Assembly (NCBI GenBank): GCA_000004985.1
Contig: GG738887.1
DNA length: 64,000 bases
Source of the DNA: Naegleria gruberi
Lineage: Eukaryota
Reading direction: 5' to 3' (one strand)
A model generated the notes under the pieces. That model had not been told where the DNA came from and did not search any database. It saw only the letters and a program-made list of their open reading frames with translations. Numbering within the stretch: position 1 is the stretch's first letter; each line of letters opens with the position of its first letter. The position numbers and the translations under genes were made by a program. Of this stretch, positions 1 through 9,808 are shown in pieces.

Positions 1-113
1 ATATTGTTGTTAATAACCACCAACTTTCACTTGCTTGATACGATGATGATTTTTAACTACTACTACTCTCTTAAATACAACAAATTAAATAATTGATGAT
101 GATTGGAAAATAG

Positions 114-1080
114 CGATTATTTGTTCAAGTTACTTTTGATTGGTATGTGTTTGATGATGAGGATGATAAATTTATTTACCATCAATATTATATTAAATAG
201 GTGATAGCGGTGTTGGTAAAAGCTGTCTTCTCCTTCGTTTTGCTGTACGTATCTAGATTGATAATAATTTAAATATTTATACATTCTTCTACAGGACGAT
301 ACCTACACTGACAGTTACATCAGTACTATTGGTGTCGACTTTAAGATTCGTACCATTGAATTAGATGGTAAAACCATAAAGTTGCAAATCTGGGACACGT
401 AAGTTTTTCGGTTTAAATTCACAAGCTAAACAACAATAACAGTGCTGGTCAAGAACGATTCAGAACAATGTAAGTTATAATACTATATGATGAAAAGTTA
501 TTTACTTTTTAAATAGTGTATGTAATAATTAATTCAGTGTTGGAAATAACGTTTTTTCATCATTACCAATAATAATCATCAATATTCTTTAAACTTGTAT
601 TACGGATCCATACTATGATTCTATTTGCTAACTAACAAATAATAACAAACAAAACAACAATATCTTTGATCTATCTTTAAATAACAGACTTCAAGCTACT
701 ACAGAGGTGCTCACGGTATTATCATTGTCTATGATGTCACTGATCAAGATTCCTTCTCCAACGTCAAGCAATGGCTCAGTGAAATTGATCGTTATGCTTC
801 CGACAATGTTAACAAGTTGTTGGTTGGTAACAAGTGTGATCTCACTTCCAAGAAGCAAGTTGATCGTAGCACTGCTGAAGAATTTGCTAAGAGTTTGAAT
901 ATTCCATTCCTTGAAACTAGTGCCAAGATTTCAACCAATGTTGAACAAGCTTTCATGACTATGGCTGCTGAAATTAAGAATAGACTTGCCAGTCAACCAA
1001 TTACTACACAACAACAACCATCCCTTGGAATTACTCCTGCCCCATCAAAGCCACAATCAAACGGTGGATGCTGTGGATAA
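114..1080 (+). CDS. YPT1: Rab1/Ypt1-family small GTPase, 5'-partial (first exon with the ATG is upstream of the window). Exons approx 114-142, 201-244, 295-398, 443-469 and 688-1080.
   Basis: The spliced translation reads (Y)[68 protein letters not shown] / [20 protein letters not shown]...LLVGNKCDL...ETSAK...GGCCG. It carries the full G1-G5 motifs and a C-terminal CC prenylation motif. Donors are GTATGT, GTACGT and GTAAGT and all acceptors are AG. The exon 4/exon 5 junction is 1 nt out of phase in my reading (see findings). Confidence 0.9.
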
Positions 1081-1168
1081 TTTCATTCTTTGGAGCAAAA
1101 ACTTTTGTAGATCTATATGATTAAAGCCTGTACAGAGAGTTAAATATTCAATGAGGAATTCTTTTATT

Positions 1169-3052
1169 TCAACAAATAGTACATTTGGAATCATTCTTTT
1201 TGAGGAGGATTTTATCAACAATAGATGTTTCACTTTTTTGGAATGTTTCATCTTGCCAAGAATAGAGCGATTTCTTCTTTTGTCTATTGAACAGATTTCT
1301 GCTCTGTGAATCTTCTTGGGTAATGATCGTAATGTTAGCTGATTCACAATCCAGTTTGAAATTATCGCATATTTCCTTCCCCTTTTCATTTGTCATGATA
1401 ACCATCCAATTTGGTGGTGAATACTTGTTGGGAGAATATGAAAATTCATAAGACTCTCCTTGCAGACCTAACATTTTCTTTTCTTCTGGAAGGTATTTGA
1501 ATAAGAGATTCTCAACCACTGCTTTTGTTTCATTTCCATCGAACGTTTTCAGGTCTATCAGTTTTTCCTTAAATGTTTGAGGGAGAACTACCATTGTCGT
1601 GTTACCATGATGTTTGATTTCACAATTCTTTGCAAAGAACATGATAATATTCTCCTCCAATTGTTGATACACTGTTGAGGGATCATAGATTTGCAATCGT
1701 GCTGAGAATAAGGACAAGTCCACAATACCGAAATAGATGGAAATATTGGCCTTCTTGAGTGAGAAAGCTCTCCTAGGATCGTTTGCTTTAAATCTCTTTC
1801 CAAATAGAATAGTCTTTGAGGAGTTTCTCTGGAGAATTCCTTCATAAATATCAGATAATGAGAATAGATAGCCTCCAACTCTGTAATGTGTCTTTGAAAA
1901 GAAAATTACTTTGGAAATTTCCAATAATGGAAGGGATCGAACAGAGCAAACGGCATGTATGAGAAGTAAATTATACAAGTTCAAGAAGAATGCCAGTTTT
2001 TCCTCCTCAGAATCCTTAATTAAATCTAAATTAACATGATTCAATGAATAGGTCTCCAAAATAAAATGATCCCACATGCTAATGAATTCATCATTCAACT
2101 TTGTAAAATTCAAATCAATAACCTTCTTAGTATCTTGTTGAGCTATGGTGTAAAGCTCTTTCATGGATAAATGTTGTTGAAGGTGTTCCAGAATATTCTT
2201 TACAACTGTTAGTGGATGCTTAGTTTCTAAAAGTTGCAATTTCTTATTCATTTCAATGAGTCTCTGATCATCCTCAGAGGGTTGATTTAGGATAATGACC
2301 TTCTCCTTATTGTTGGCATTCAGTAATCTATTTCTGTGAAATGAATCATCACCCTGAGAAGAGAGAAACAATGCAAAACATTCATAATATAAATTATTTG
2401 TTGTGAATCTCCTGAATGGATCTTCTAAATTTCTTAAAAGTTCCAATTTGAGATCAATAAGTGAATTTCTCAATTGAGAGGCAAACTCTCTAATCATTTC
2501 AATTTGTTCATAATTCTCCAATGCTTGATCAAATTTAGCACTCACCACTTCAACCTGTGATAAAAAATCCAAAACTTTTCCCTTAACTTTTCCAGGTAAA
2601 TTAATTTCATGTTCTGAATTTCTTTCCAAAAATCGTTTCCTAAATTTAATAGCCCTAGAAATCATTTCCCTAGATTCCAAAGTTTTCTGTACACTATAAT
2701 TACTTCCACTTGCACTTCCAGATTGACTCATCGTATCACTATTCCATGAATTTCTAAAAGAATTTGAAAAACTTGCTCTAGAACTCGATCTGTCATACTT
2801 TTTATACAAGATATTCTCAAATGCAGACGAAAGATTCGTATTATAATCATTCAATTCTCCAAATTCATTCGTTTCAATCTTCCAAATCACCTTCTTCTCA
2901 GCATACTGTAAATAATCCAACAATGATTGCAATTCATAATAGCAGAGCAGATTTTCTGTTGTGAAATCCAAGGACATGAATGTTAGAAAATAACTGCTCG
3001 CCAATGGATCACTCAGTACGTGATGTAAATTAATTTGACCACTCTTGGACAT
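1169..3052 (-). CDS. Protein with an N-terminal RGS-like box and a C-terminal DUF547-like domain, 627 aa
   Basis: ORF-track ORF with a true ATG start. The N-terminus LSDPLASSYFLTFMSLDFTTENLLCYYE fits the RGS-box consensus (F..FL..EFSEENL.FW). The C-terminal EEKLAFFLNLYNLLLIHAV...L..I resembles the DUF547 AFWINLYNALV motif. It is convergent with the Rab gene. Confidence 0.7.
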   Translation of the reverse strand: MSKSGQINLHHVLSDPLASSYFLTFMSLDFTTENLLCYYELQSLLDYLQYAEKKVIWKIETNEFGELNDYNTNLSSAFENILYKKYDRSSSRASFSNSFRNSWNSDTMSQSGSASGSNYSVQKTLESREMISRAIKFRKRFLERNSEHEINLPGKVKGKVLDFLSQVEVVSAKFDQALENYEQIEMIREFASQLRNSLIDLKLELLRNLEDPFRRFTTNNLYYECFALFLSSQGDDSFHRNRLLNANNKEKVIILNQPSEDDQRLIEMNKKLQLLETKHPLTVVKNILEHLQQHLSMKELYTIAQQDTKKVIDLNFTKLNDEFISMWDHFILETYSLNHVNLDLIKDSEEEKLAFFLNLYNLLLIHAVCSVRSLPLLEISKVIFFSKTHYRVGGYLFSLSDIYEGILQRNSSKTILFGKRFKANDPRRAFSLKKANISIYFGIVDLSLFSARLQIYDPSTVYQQLEENIIMFFAKNCEIKHHGNTTMVVLPQTFKEKLIDLKTFDGNETKAVVENLLFKYLPEEKKMLGLQGESYEFSYSPNKYSPPNWMVIMTNEKGKEICDNFKLDCESANITIITQEDSQSRNLFNRQKKKSLYSWQDETFQKSETSIVDKILLKKNDSKCTIC

Positions 3053-3315
3053 TTCATCAATTTGATTTTTGAATTCTAATAAATTGATTTTAAGAAATTA
3101 AAATTATTAATTTGAATTATTTAGGAAAAGTACTTTTTATCAAGTCATCGATTTGTTGTTTTTCCTCTTTGAATCCATTGTTGTTTTCAGTTCCGATATT
3201 ACTTTCGGTTTGTTTCATTTTTTTTGAAGATATTAATTTGGTATTATTTCAACCTGTGTCTATGCTTGATAATATATATGGAATATCAGGAGAACACATT
3301 TATCTTGAACAAGAA

Positions 3316-3386
3316 GCGTCGATGGTTTAGTGGTAGAATACGGCGTTGCCATCGCCGTGACCCGGGTTCAATTCCCGGTCGACGCA
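3316..3386 (+). tRNA. tRNA-Gly (anticodon GCC)
   Basis: Perfect 7-bp acceptor stem gcgtcga/tcgacgc. D-arm tggtttagtggtagaat. Anticodon stem cggcg/cgccg with loop ttGCCat. T-arm ccggg-ttcaatt-cccgg. Discriminator A. Confidence 0.85.
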
Positions 3387-3823
3387 TCCAAGAGATATCA
3401 ATTTTTTTAGCTTTTCTACAAAGAGTCAAGCTTTCACTTTTTTACCATATCAACTATACATGCAATACTACAATATACTTAAATTTCTCATCGTCATATT
3501 TCATATTGATAGAGATAATAACCACCGATCCGACCTCGCTGTAGAATCTCTGATGATTATAGAAAATAGTAGGCATATCATATTGCCTCGGTGGTTGCAT
3601 AATACTTGGCAACCAACTGATATGTTTAAACAACAGCAGTAAACTGCTTATTGTACATATATTTCGAACATGATGTCTCATAAGCATTACTCTTTGATTA
3701 ATAGATATTTGTAAATAACTGACGTTTTATGCAGCTACGTTTGATATTTTTCAACTAGGTTCTTGTGAGCTTGTGGATGAACATAACAATCCTAACAAGT
3801 TCATAAGAATCTCATTAAAAAAA

Positions 3824-4669
3824 ATGAAACAACTTCTACTCTGTCAGGACATCTTGTCATTAATTATAATGTTTGATGAGGATCCTTTCGAAATACTGAT
3901 GTCATTCCGATCTGTTTGCAAGACTTGGCACGAATGGACAAATTCACATCATTTATTATTGGATTGTATTATTTCAGTATTACATAAAGGATGGTCAATT
4001 AGAAATGATTCCACAAACGAAACTTTTCAAGTCAATTTATTTAAATTACCATCATATCAAGATGAATATCATCCTGATATTTTCACACATGCTCTCAAGT
4101 ATTATAAATTGGTAAAGAAACACATTGAACAATATACAGAACAATTGGAGCATCCAAATTCAAGTTGTGAATATGTTTATGCACCAACAAGAGTTGAAAA
4201 CAAATTGGCTTTGGAAATGTCAAGTATTCTTACACCATTTTTATTTCTGAAAAAGGCAAGCACTGAATTTGGAAGTTATGATTTTCGATCAAATTTAGCA
4301 ACTGTAGTGATTGCAAATGTTAAGGGAGAGGACAAGTTTGTGAGTTTAAAGATGTTAAATGACAGAGGTCAACCAGGACCATACTCGAATTATACTGTTT
4401 GTGAATTACTTGAATTCGAAACAGATTCTTCCAAGATTCAAAGTAATGACGAGTTGTTAAATGTTTTAATTAATCATTTGGGGACTACAAAATCCTGGAA
4501 TAGGAAAAGAGTTTTGGAGGTGATGGAATTTATTGGATTGGAAGAGGAATTCCTTTCGAATAATGATTGTGTTAATGATTTCATCTATGTGGTAATGTAT
4601 GAACTCATCTTTAAATCTATAGAAATATGGTATACAGAGCAATATCTTTTCAATTGTGGGGATATTTAA
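3824..4669 (+). CDS. Hypothetical protein with an N-terminal F-box-like motif
   Basis: The ORF-track ORF 3773..4669 begins with a non-ATG (GTG) codon and the first ATG is at 3824. The N-terminus MKQLLLCQDILSLIIMFDEDPFEILMSFRSVCKTWHEW matches the F-box consensus (L..EIL..I...L....L..VCK.W). Confidence 0.55.
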   Translation: MKQLLLCQDILSLIIMFDEDPFEILMSFRSVCKTWHEWTNSHHLLLDCIISVLHKGWSIRNDSTNETFQVNLFKLPSYQDEYHPDIFTHALKYYKLVKKHIEQYTEQLEHPNSSCEYVYAPTRVENKLALEMSSILTPFLFLKKASTEFGSYDFRSNLATVVIANVKGEDKFVSLKMLNDRGQPGPYSNYTVCELLEFETDSSKIQSNDELLNVLINHLGTTKSWNRKRVLEVMEFIGLEEEFLSNNDCVNDFIYVVMYELIFKSIEIWYTEQYLFNCGDI

Positions 4670-4672
4670 ATA

Positions 4673-4717
4673 TCAAGTCGGTGGTTAATTGAAAATTGTT
4701 AAATTAAGGAAATGAAT
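4673..4717 (+). promoter_or_regulatory. Conserved 5S rRNA upstream leader box (ggtggtt.attgaaa.ttgttaaattaaggaaatgaatgg)
   Basis: Nearly identical ~45 nt lie immediately 5' of the 5S copies at 4718 and 8056. An AT-rich ttaaattaagg sits at about -25 and could be a TATA-like element. Shorter matches (tgaatgg or ttgatgg) lie upstream of the other two copies. Confidence 0.35.
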
Positions 4718-4836
4718 GGCTACGGCCATATCACGATTCATGCACCTCATCCCGTCCGATTTGAGAAGTTAAGCATCGTCGAGCCACATCAGTACTGAGG
4801 TTGGAGACAACTTGGGAACCTGTGGTGCTGTAGTCC
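4718..4836 (+). rRNA. 5S rRNA gene, copy 1
   Basis: GGCTACGGCCATATCACG...CCCGTCCGAT...GAAGTTAAGC...AGTACT...GGTGCTGTAGTC. Helix I is closed by 5' GGCTAC and 3' GTAGTC. It is followed by a T5 run, the Pol III terminator. Confidence 0.85.
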
Positions 4837-4992
4837 TCTTTTTCCTTCCTTATGTTTATTAGAGTTTCATCTATTTTAGCCATCATTAAAACAATGAAAG
4901 TGGAAGAGGAGCTGCAATATACCATCATGAAGAGCTACATGCTCTTCCTCCATCTCAATAATTTGATATTAAGGCGAGAGTATTCAATAACT

Positions 4993-5375
4993 TTCTTGAA
5001 TCCATATTTATTTTTCACATTAAAGATACCACAATTTTATAATTGCACTTTTCACACATTCAAAGCCAATATCACAAACCTCACAAATGAAACTTGATAA
5101 AACCATTGACTGTACTTCTACAGGATCTTTTCTGTAGGAATACATAAACTCGACTTTTTTGAGTCAATCTGACCTTTGAGGTTAACCAAGATGAAGACTC
5201 TGTAGTCACATATCTTGAGCATGATATCGAACTGGAAACATGCTTCGTTGTAGGTTTCCTCGTTCATAGATGATTGCTGCATTCCTTACCAGCCATGGTT
5301 TGTGAATGGGGGATTTGTGAACATGCAGATTGGTACCTTAAACCTTTTATCAATTAATAGAAAATTATTACAACC
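4993..5375. repeat. Dispersed repeat, copy A (partner copy at 12001..12295 has its internal ~165-bp segment inverted)
   Basis: Shared ends: ttcttgaatcc...ccacaattttctaattgcacttttcacacattcaaag at the left and gatatcgaac...atgcagattggtacctta...caattaatagaaaat at the right. The middle segment is reverse-complemented between the two copies. Confidence 0.7.
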
Positions 5376-5595
5376 AACCAACCAAATGCCCCCAATAGCA
5401 CTAGTCATAACCATATATTGCAATGAATATCATTCATAAAAATTAAACATTTCTCAATCATCAATTTCACTCTTGGTCGAGCAGTGACTCGTTGCACGCA
5501 AATCATTTAATTTTTGAGATGGCATTTTGTTCTTAGAAACTTGAAACAACAGAATTTTGGAGAAAAAATGAGAGTGTCCAATCTTTGATTATTTT

Positions 5596-5670
5596 CTTGG
5601 TGGTTTTAAGAGATGAAACTTTGAAAATTGGTAATTAGCTAGAGTACTTATCATTCATCCTATGATGAAA
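5596..5670 (+). pseudogene. Degenerate 5S rRNA fragment, leader plus first ~35 nt of 5S
   Basis: cttggtggttttaagagatgaaactttgaaaattggtaattag|ctagagtacttatcattcatcctatgatg aligns with the 5S leader followed by ggctacggccatatcacgattcatgcacctcatcc. It then diverges, and no full 5S body or T-run follows. Confidence 0.35.
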
Positions 5671-5709
5671 AAAGTAAAACCTATATTCCAGATAGAGTCA
5701 AAAATTAAT

Positions 5710-5780
5710 CTCGAGTGCCGGGAATTGAACCCGGGTCGCCAGAGTGACAGTCTGGAATGCTACCACTATACCACACCCGA
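5710..5780 (-). tRNA. tRNA-Asp (anticodon GTC)
   Basis: The reverse complement is tcgggtg-tggtatagtggtagcatt-ccaga-ctGTCac-tctgg-cgac-ccggg-ttcaatt-cccgg-cactcga. The 7-bp acceptor stem has one GU pair. The T-loop is TTCAATT. Confidence 0.85.
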
Positions 5781-6319
5781 TTGCATTCAAGTAGAAATGA
5801 TTCCTTAATTCGCCTTAGTATATAGTCATTTCTGCCATTAATTTATTATTAGAAAATTGACTTCCATTTCGAAGTGAAGAGGCTTCTTAAAAAAAGAATT
5901 ATACCATAATGTTGTGAACCCACAAAACAATCTGAAGATAAGAGACATTCCAACCCATAACCGAATTTGAGGCATGTAGTGTAATTCTAACATCACGATC
6001 AGCTCATTACTCTATGAAGTTTTAATCTTTGCATCAAATCTGCTAAATTAACTTTTCAAATTTTAATGAAGAGGTCAGCAAATGTTTTTAAAGTTCCCAA
6101 AATGTTTTCAATGTTCATTTTCAAAATTTCTTATCTATTTTTAAATATAATGACGAAATTTTCATCATCATTACAAAAAGTATGATGTCAACAACTCCGA
6201 AATTCAATGATGAAGACACACGGTTTTCATTCATATAAAACCCATTGAACGATATTCTTGAAAAAAACAAGAATTTGCAAACAAGCAATTCAACTAACAA
6301 TTCTAATAACTCAAACAAA

Positions 6320-6868
6320 ATGGACTTTTTCAAAAAGATTGGTCAATTCTTCTCTGGATGGCTCAGAGGTTTATTCGAAAATAAGGAAGCCAAGATTCTA
6401 TTCCTTGGTTTGGATGCAGCTGGTAAAACTTCAGCTCTATATAAGATTCAATTAGATGAAAATGTTAGCACTATTCCCACCATTGGTTTCAATGCTGAAG
6501 TGTTACAATATAAGAAGGTAACTTTCAGAGTGTTTGATATTGGTGGCCAGGATAAGATTAGAAAGTTATGGAGACACTATTATCAATCGACAAATGCTAT
6601 CATTTTCATTGTCGATTCTAATGATACTGAGAGATTTAAAGAAGCTGCCGAAACCTTACGGGAAGTTATGCAGGATGATTTATTGAAAGATGCCAAGTTA
6701 TTGGTGTGGGCTAATAAGCAAGATTTGCCAAGAGCTGCCAATGTTAAAGATATGGTCAATACTTTGAAATTACACGAGATTAAGCAAGAATGGTACATCC
6801 AACCATGTAGTGCCCTGTCTGGCAATGGATTATTCGAAGGTTTGGATTGGTTATCCAGTAAATTGTAA
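6320..6868 (+). CDS. ARF-like small GTPase (Arl1-like)
   Basis: [88 protein letters not shown]...WANKQDL. The ORF-track ORF starts at a TTG at 6245, and the first ATG is at 6320. Confidence 0.85.
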   Translation: MDFFKKIGQFFSGWLRGLFENKEAKILFLGLDAAGKTSALYKIQLDENVSTIPTIGFNAEVLQYKKVTFRVFDIGGQDKIRKLWRHYYQSTNAIIFIVDSNDTERFKEAAETLREVMQDDLLKDAKLLVWANKQDLPRAANVKDMVNTLKLHEIKQEWYIQPCSALSGNGLFEGLDWLSSKL

Positions 6869-6921
6869 ATAAACACTTTGATATCTCATATTTCAAACTT
6901 GTCAAATAGGATTTCATCATA

Positions 6922-7875
6922 TTAGCCTCCAACCAATCTAAACACCATGACTAATTTAGAATTACTGTTAATTTCTAATTCTTGCAAAGTTTTTTCATCA
7001 TCTTCCATTGACATCACTTTCGAATTGTGAATTATTCTAAATTCATTACCAATGTTCCACTCCTCAGCCACCCTCCAACGAATCATATTGAAAGTATTGT
7101 TAGGATCTGCAAAAAATCTCAATTCCTTTCCTGAGATTGATTTAATACGCAATTCTATAGAGTTGTCCAATGTGGAAAAGCTTGAAATTTCCTCATCCTT
7201 AAAAAGTACATTTCCAACAAACTGAAAGGCCTTTGGGGTTTGTTTCAGTGCAGCTAAATTAATTTCTCTATTATTCTTCAGTGAATATCCCACATATTCC
7301 AATAATATTCCACACTGGCTTACAATTTTCAACATGTATTCTCTATTATTTAACAAGTATTGATTTAAAACATATTTGATGGCTCTTGGATTACAATCAA
7401 GAGCAGCTCTACAAATTTCCTCATCCTGTCTAAAGTCCTCATCCATATCTTTTAATAGGACCCAATTATTCTTTACCTGAACTAATTCCTTGACAAAATT
7501 TCGATCTCTTCTCAATACCTTTCCAACATATTCACCACTCGCAAAAGCATCATTCGAAATTGCCTTCAAAACTAATTCTCTATCATTCCTCCAATTTTCA
7601 TGAAGAATTTTCAATGCCTTTCCTTTATGTTGCTTGATCACAGCAAGAGCCACCTCTCTATCCAAACTAAAATCGAATGGTTTCAGACTCGGAATGAATG
7701 GAACGTTGCTATGTTTTATCTGGTTTAAAACCATCAATTTTGCATAGTGGTGCTTTAGTACTTGTTGAGATGTCTTCATCATTTCATTCCGAAGTATTTG
7801 TTGTAAATTAGTCATGAATTTATAATTTTCCTGATGGAAATCAGTGAGTGTAATTTTTACTGTTTCGTTCTGCAT
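6922..7875 (-). CDS. Protein with DUF4116-like repeats and a C-terminal ubiquitin-like domain
   Basis: Repeated motifs RELVLKAISNDAFA, EEICRAALDCNPRAIKYV, REYMLKIVSQCGILLEYVG and REINLAALKQTPKAFQFVG. The C-terminus ...LQELEINSNSKLVMVFRLVGG ends like ubiquitin. Confidence 0.6.
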   Translation of the reverse strand: MQNETVKITLTDFHQENYKFMTNLQQILRNEMMKTSQQVLKHHYAKLMVLNQIKHSNVPFIPSLKPFDFSLDREVALAVIKQHKGKALKILHENWRNDRELVLKAISNDAFASGEYVGKVLRRDRNFVKELVQVKNNWVLLKDMDEDFRQDEEICRAALDCNPRAIKYVLNQYLLNNREYMLKIVSQCGILLEYVGYSLKNNREINLAALKQTPKAFQFVGNVLFKDEEISSFSTLDNSIELRIKSISGKELRFFADPNNTFNMIRWRVAEEWNIGNEFRIIHNSKVMSMEDDEKTLQELEINSNSKLVMVFRLVGG

Positions 7876-8009
7876 ATGATGATCGTGTTTTATGACTTGA
7901 TTTTTTTTGTTTTGTAATTGATTTAAACTTCAAATTCGAAATACAAAACGATCGTAACAGGTAAATTGAAAATTCACAAAATTGGTGTACAATGTGGGAT
8001 TTCGTTTTA

Positions 8010-8055
8010 AAGGAAGTTGGTGGTTGATTGAAACTTGTTAAATTAAGGAAATGAA
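8010..8055 (+). promoter_or_regulatory. Conserved 5S upstream leader box (second instance)
   Basis: ggaagttggtggttgattgaaacttgttaaattaaggaaatgaatgg lies directly 5' of 5S copy 2. Confidence 0.35.
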
Positions 8056-8174
8056 TGGCTACGGCCATATCACGATTCATGCACCTCATCCCGTCCGATT
8101 TGAGAAGTTAAGCATCGTCGAGCCACATCAGTACTGAGGTTGGAGACAACTTGGGAACCTGTGGTGCTGTAGTC
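8056..8174 (+). rRNA. 5S rRNA gene, copy 2
   Basis: Identical to copy 1 across the body, with a T5 terminator. Confidence 0.85.
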
Positions 8175-8332
8175 TTTTTCCTTTTACCACATTGAACGTT
8201 AACCTTTCTATTTAGAGACATGTTCATTACAACAATATTCAAATTGATTAATGATGCAAACAACTTACAATTCAATAAATATTTATTAAATGTTGAATAT
8301 TCCCAATGCTAAAGCAATGTGAATAGACACAT

Positions 8333-9808
8333 CTACACAACATTTTCCATGTCAATATTTACTTCATCCATTTGCATTAAATCGAAACTTGCCTTCTCCA
8401 TTTCTTCTTGTGAATCTTCATAGACCTGAACTTCATCCGATTGAAAACCATAAATCTCAACAATTTGCTCATTGAACCATTGTTCATTGAAGAGGACTTT
8501 TGTTGGATAGCCATTCTCCTCAATTACCTTAATCATTTGATGGAAGAGAAACTCCAATTCGTTGTAGTATTGAGCAAAGTCAAGTTCACTAATGTATTCA
8601 TCTTCAAGAATTGACATGCACTTGTCAAACTTTTCACTAATTGACATGTATAATGAATCATTGTCAAAGATGTCATGATAATTTTCTATAGCTTGATGAA
8701 TGGTATGGAGCATGAGTTGTTTGTTACGTTTCAATCCTTCCAAAATGTCCAATGATTCATTAATGCGTTTGAATTTTGAAAAATTATTAGAAATGATGCA
8801 TTTGATGAATTTCTTCTTAATCTTTCTGATTTGTTCGGTAATGAGAGAGTTGTCCAATACTTTGAAATGGCTTTCGGTGCTTTCAATTCTTTTGAAGAGC
8901 ACATCTTCATAGCAATCAACTTTGATAGATCTGTTACTGGAGAGAAGGGTTCCAAAATTATCCTCTTTTTGAATGGTTTCGAATAGGATTTTTGTATTTG
9001 ATGGAAAGAAAAAGGATAAAGCAAGCTTGAGTGCACCATATTTGGATGGTTGTGTGGAGATGGAATGATTAACAATGATTCTCTTCAATGAACACACAAT
9101 TTCTGGTTCCTTCAAATCTTCCTTGGACAATGATTGCAAGAATGTTTCTGGAATAATCAATTCTTCACAATTAGGATAACACTTCCCCAATAAATCATTC
9201 AAGAAGGATCTCAATTCATTACATGAACCGATAGTATTACGAAGGATCAATTTCCTGACCTTTTCACTTGAATGATTCAATATGTTTTCTTGACTTGGAT
9301 GTGAAACACACAGAGTTGGAATTGTGATGGATCTGTGAGGAAACTTGTGACTTTCATAATATTCAAGATTGGGAGCAATGGTGGAAATATCATAATTCTT
9401 TGGAGGTCTAATAAATAATAATCGAGTCAACTTGCTACCTAAATGTGAAATAAGTGACAAATCACTATTGTTGTAAATTATATTTGAGAATGATAATTCC
9501 TCAATATTGGAAGAAATCAAATCAAGATTATTGACAAGTGCAAATATTGGGTTATCAACTCCCTTAGGTTTCCCTTCATTTGTTAAGTTTCTAATGAATG
9601 ACCATTCAAGGTCAAATGTCAACTTTTTCAAATAAGGACTAATTTTAAAAATTCTTTTTGAGAATCGAGATTCTGGGTAGATGAGCTGAAAGTTTTTGAA
9701 CTTTAAATGTTGGATCTTACTGGTACTTGCGTTCATCAAGTCAACCAATTGTCTCTTTGTAATTGAAATTCCATTTAAGGTATTGTAGTTTTCCAGAAAC
9801 CATGACAT
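8333..9808 (-). CDS. Hypothetical protein (~490 aa)
   Basis: Long minus-strand ORF. The ORF-track start at 9820 is a GTG and the first ATG is at 9808 (MSWFLENYN...). No confident domain assignment; it may be LRR-like. Confidence 0.5.
   Translation of the reverse strand: MSWFLENYNTLNGISITKRQLVDLMNASTSKIQHLKFKNFQLIYPESRFSKRIFKISPYLKKLTFDLEWSFIRNLTNEGKPKGVDNPIFALVNNLDLISSNIEELSFSNIIYNNSDLSLISHLGSKLTRLLFIRPPKNYDISTIAPNLEYYESHKFPHRSITIPTLCVSHPSQENILNHSSEKVRKLILRNTIGSCNELRSFLNDLLGKCYPNCEELIIPETFLQSLSKEDLKEPEIVCSLKRIIVNHSISTQPSKYGALKLALSFFFPSNTKILFETIQKEDNFGTLLSSNRSIKVDCYEDVLFKRIESTESHFKVLDNSLITEQIRKIKKKFIKCIISNNFSKFKRINESLDILEGLKRNKQLMLHTIHQAIENYHDIFDNDSLYMSISEKFDKCMSILEDEYISELDFAQYYNELEFLFHQMIKVIEENGYPTKVLFNEQWFNEQIVEIYGFQSDEVQVYEDSQEEMEKASFDLMQMDEVNIDMENVV

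Noticed and set aside
1057-1389. ORF 1057..1389 (-) and short ORFs around the ARF-like gene (6121..6333 (-), 6258..6455 (+))
   Set aside because: Alternative-frame overlaps with well-supported genes or UTR/intergenic AT-rich ORFs, with no start context or motif.
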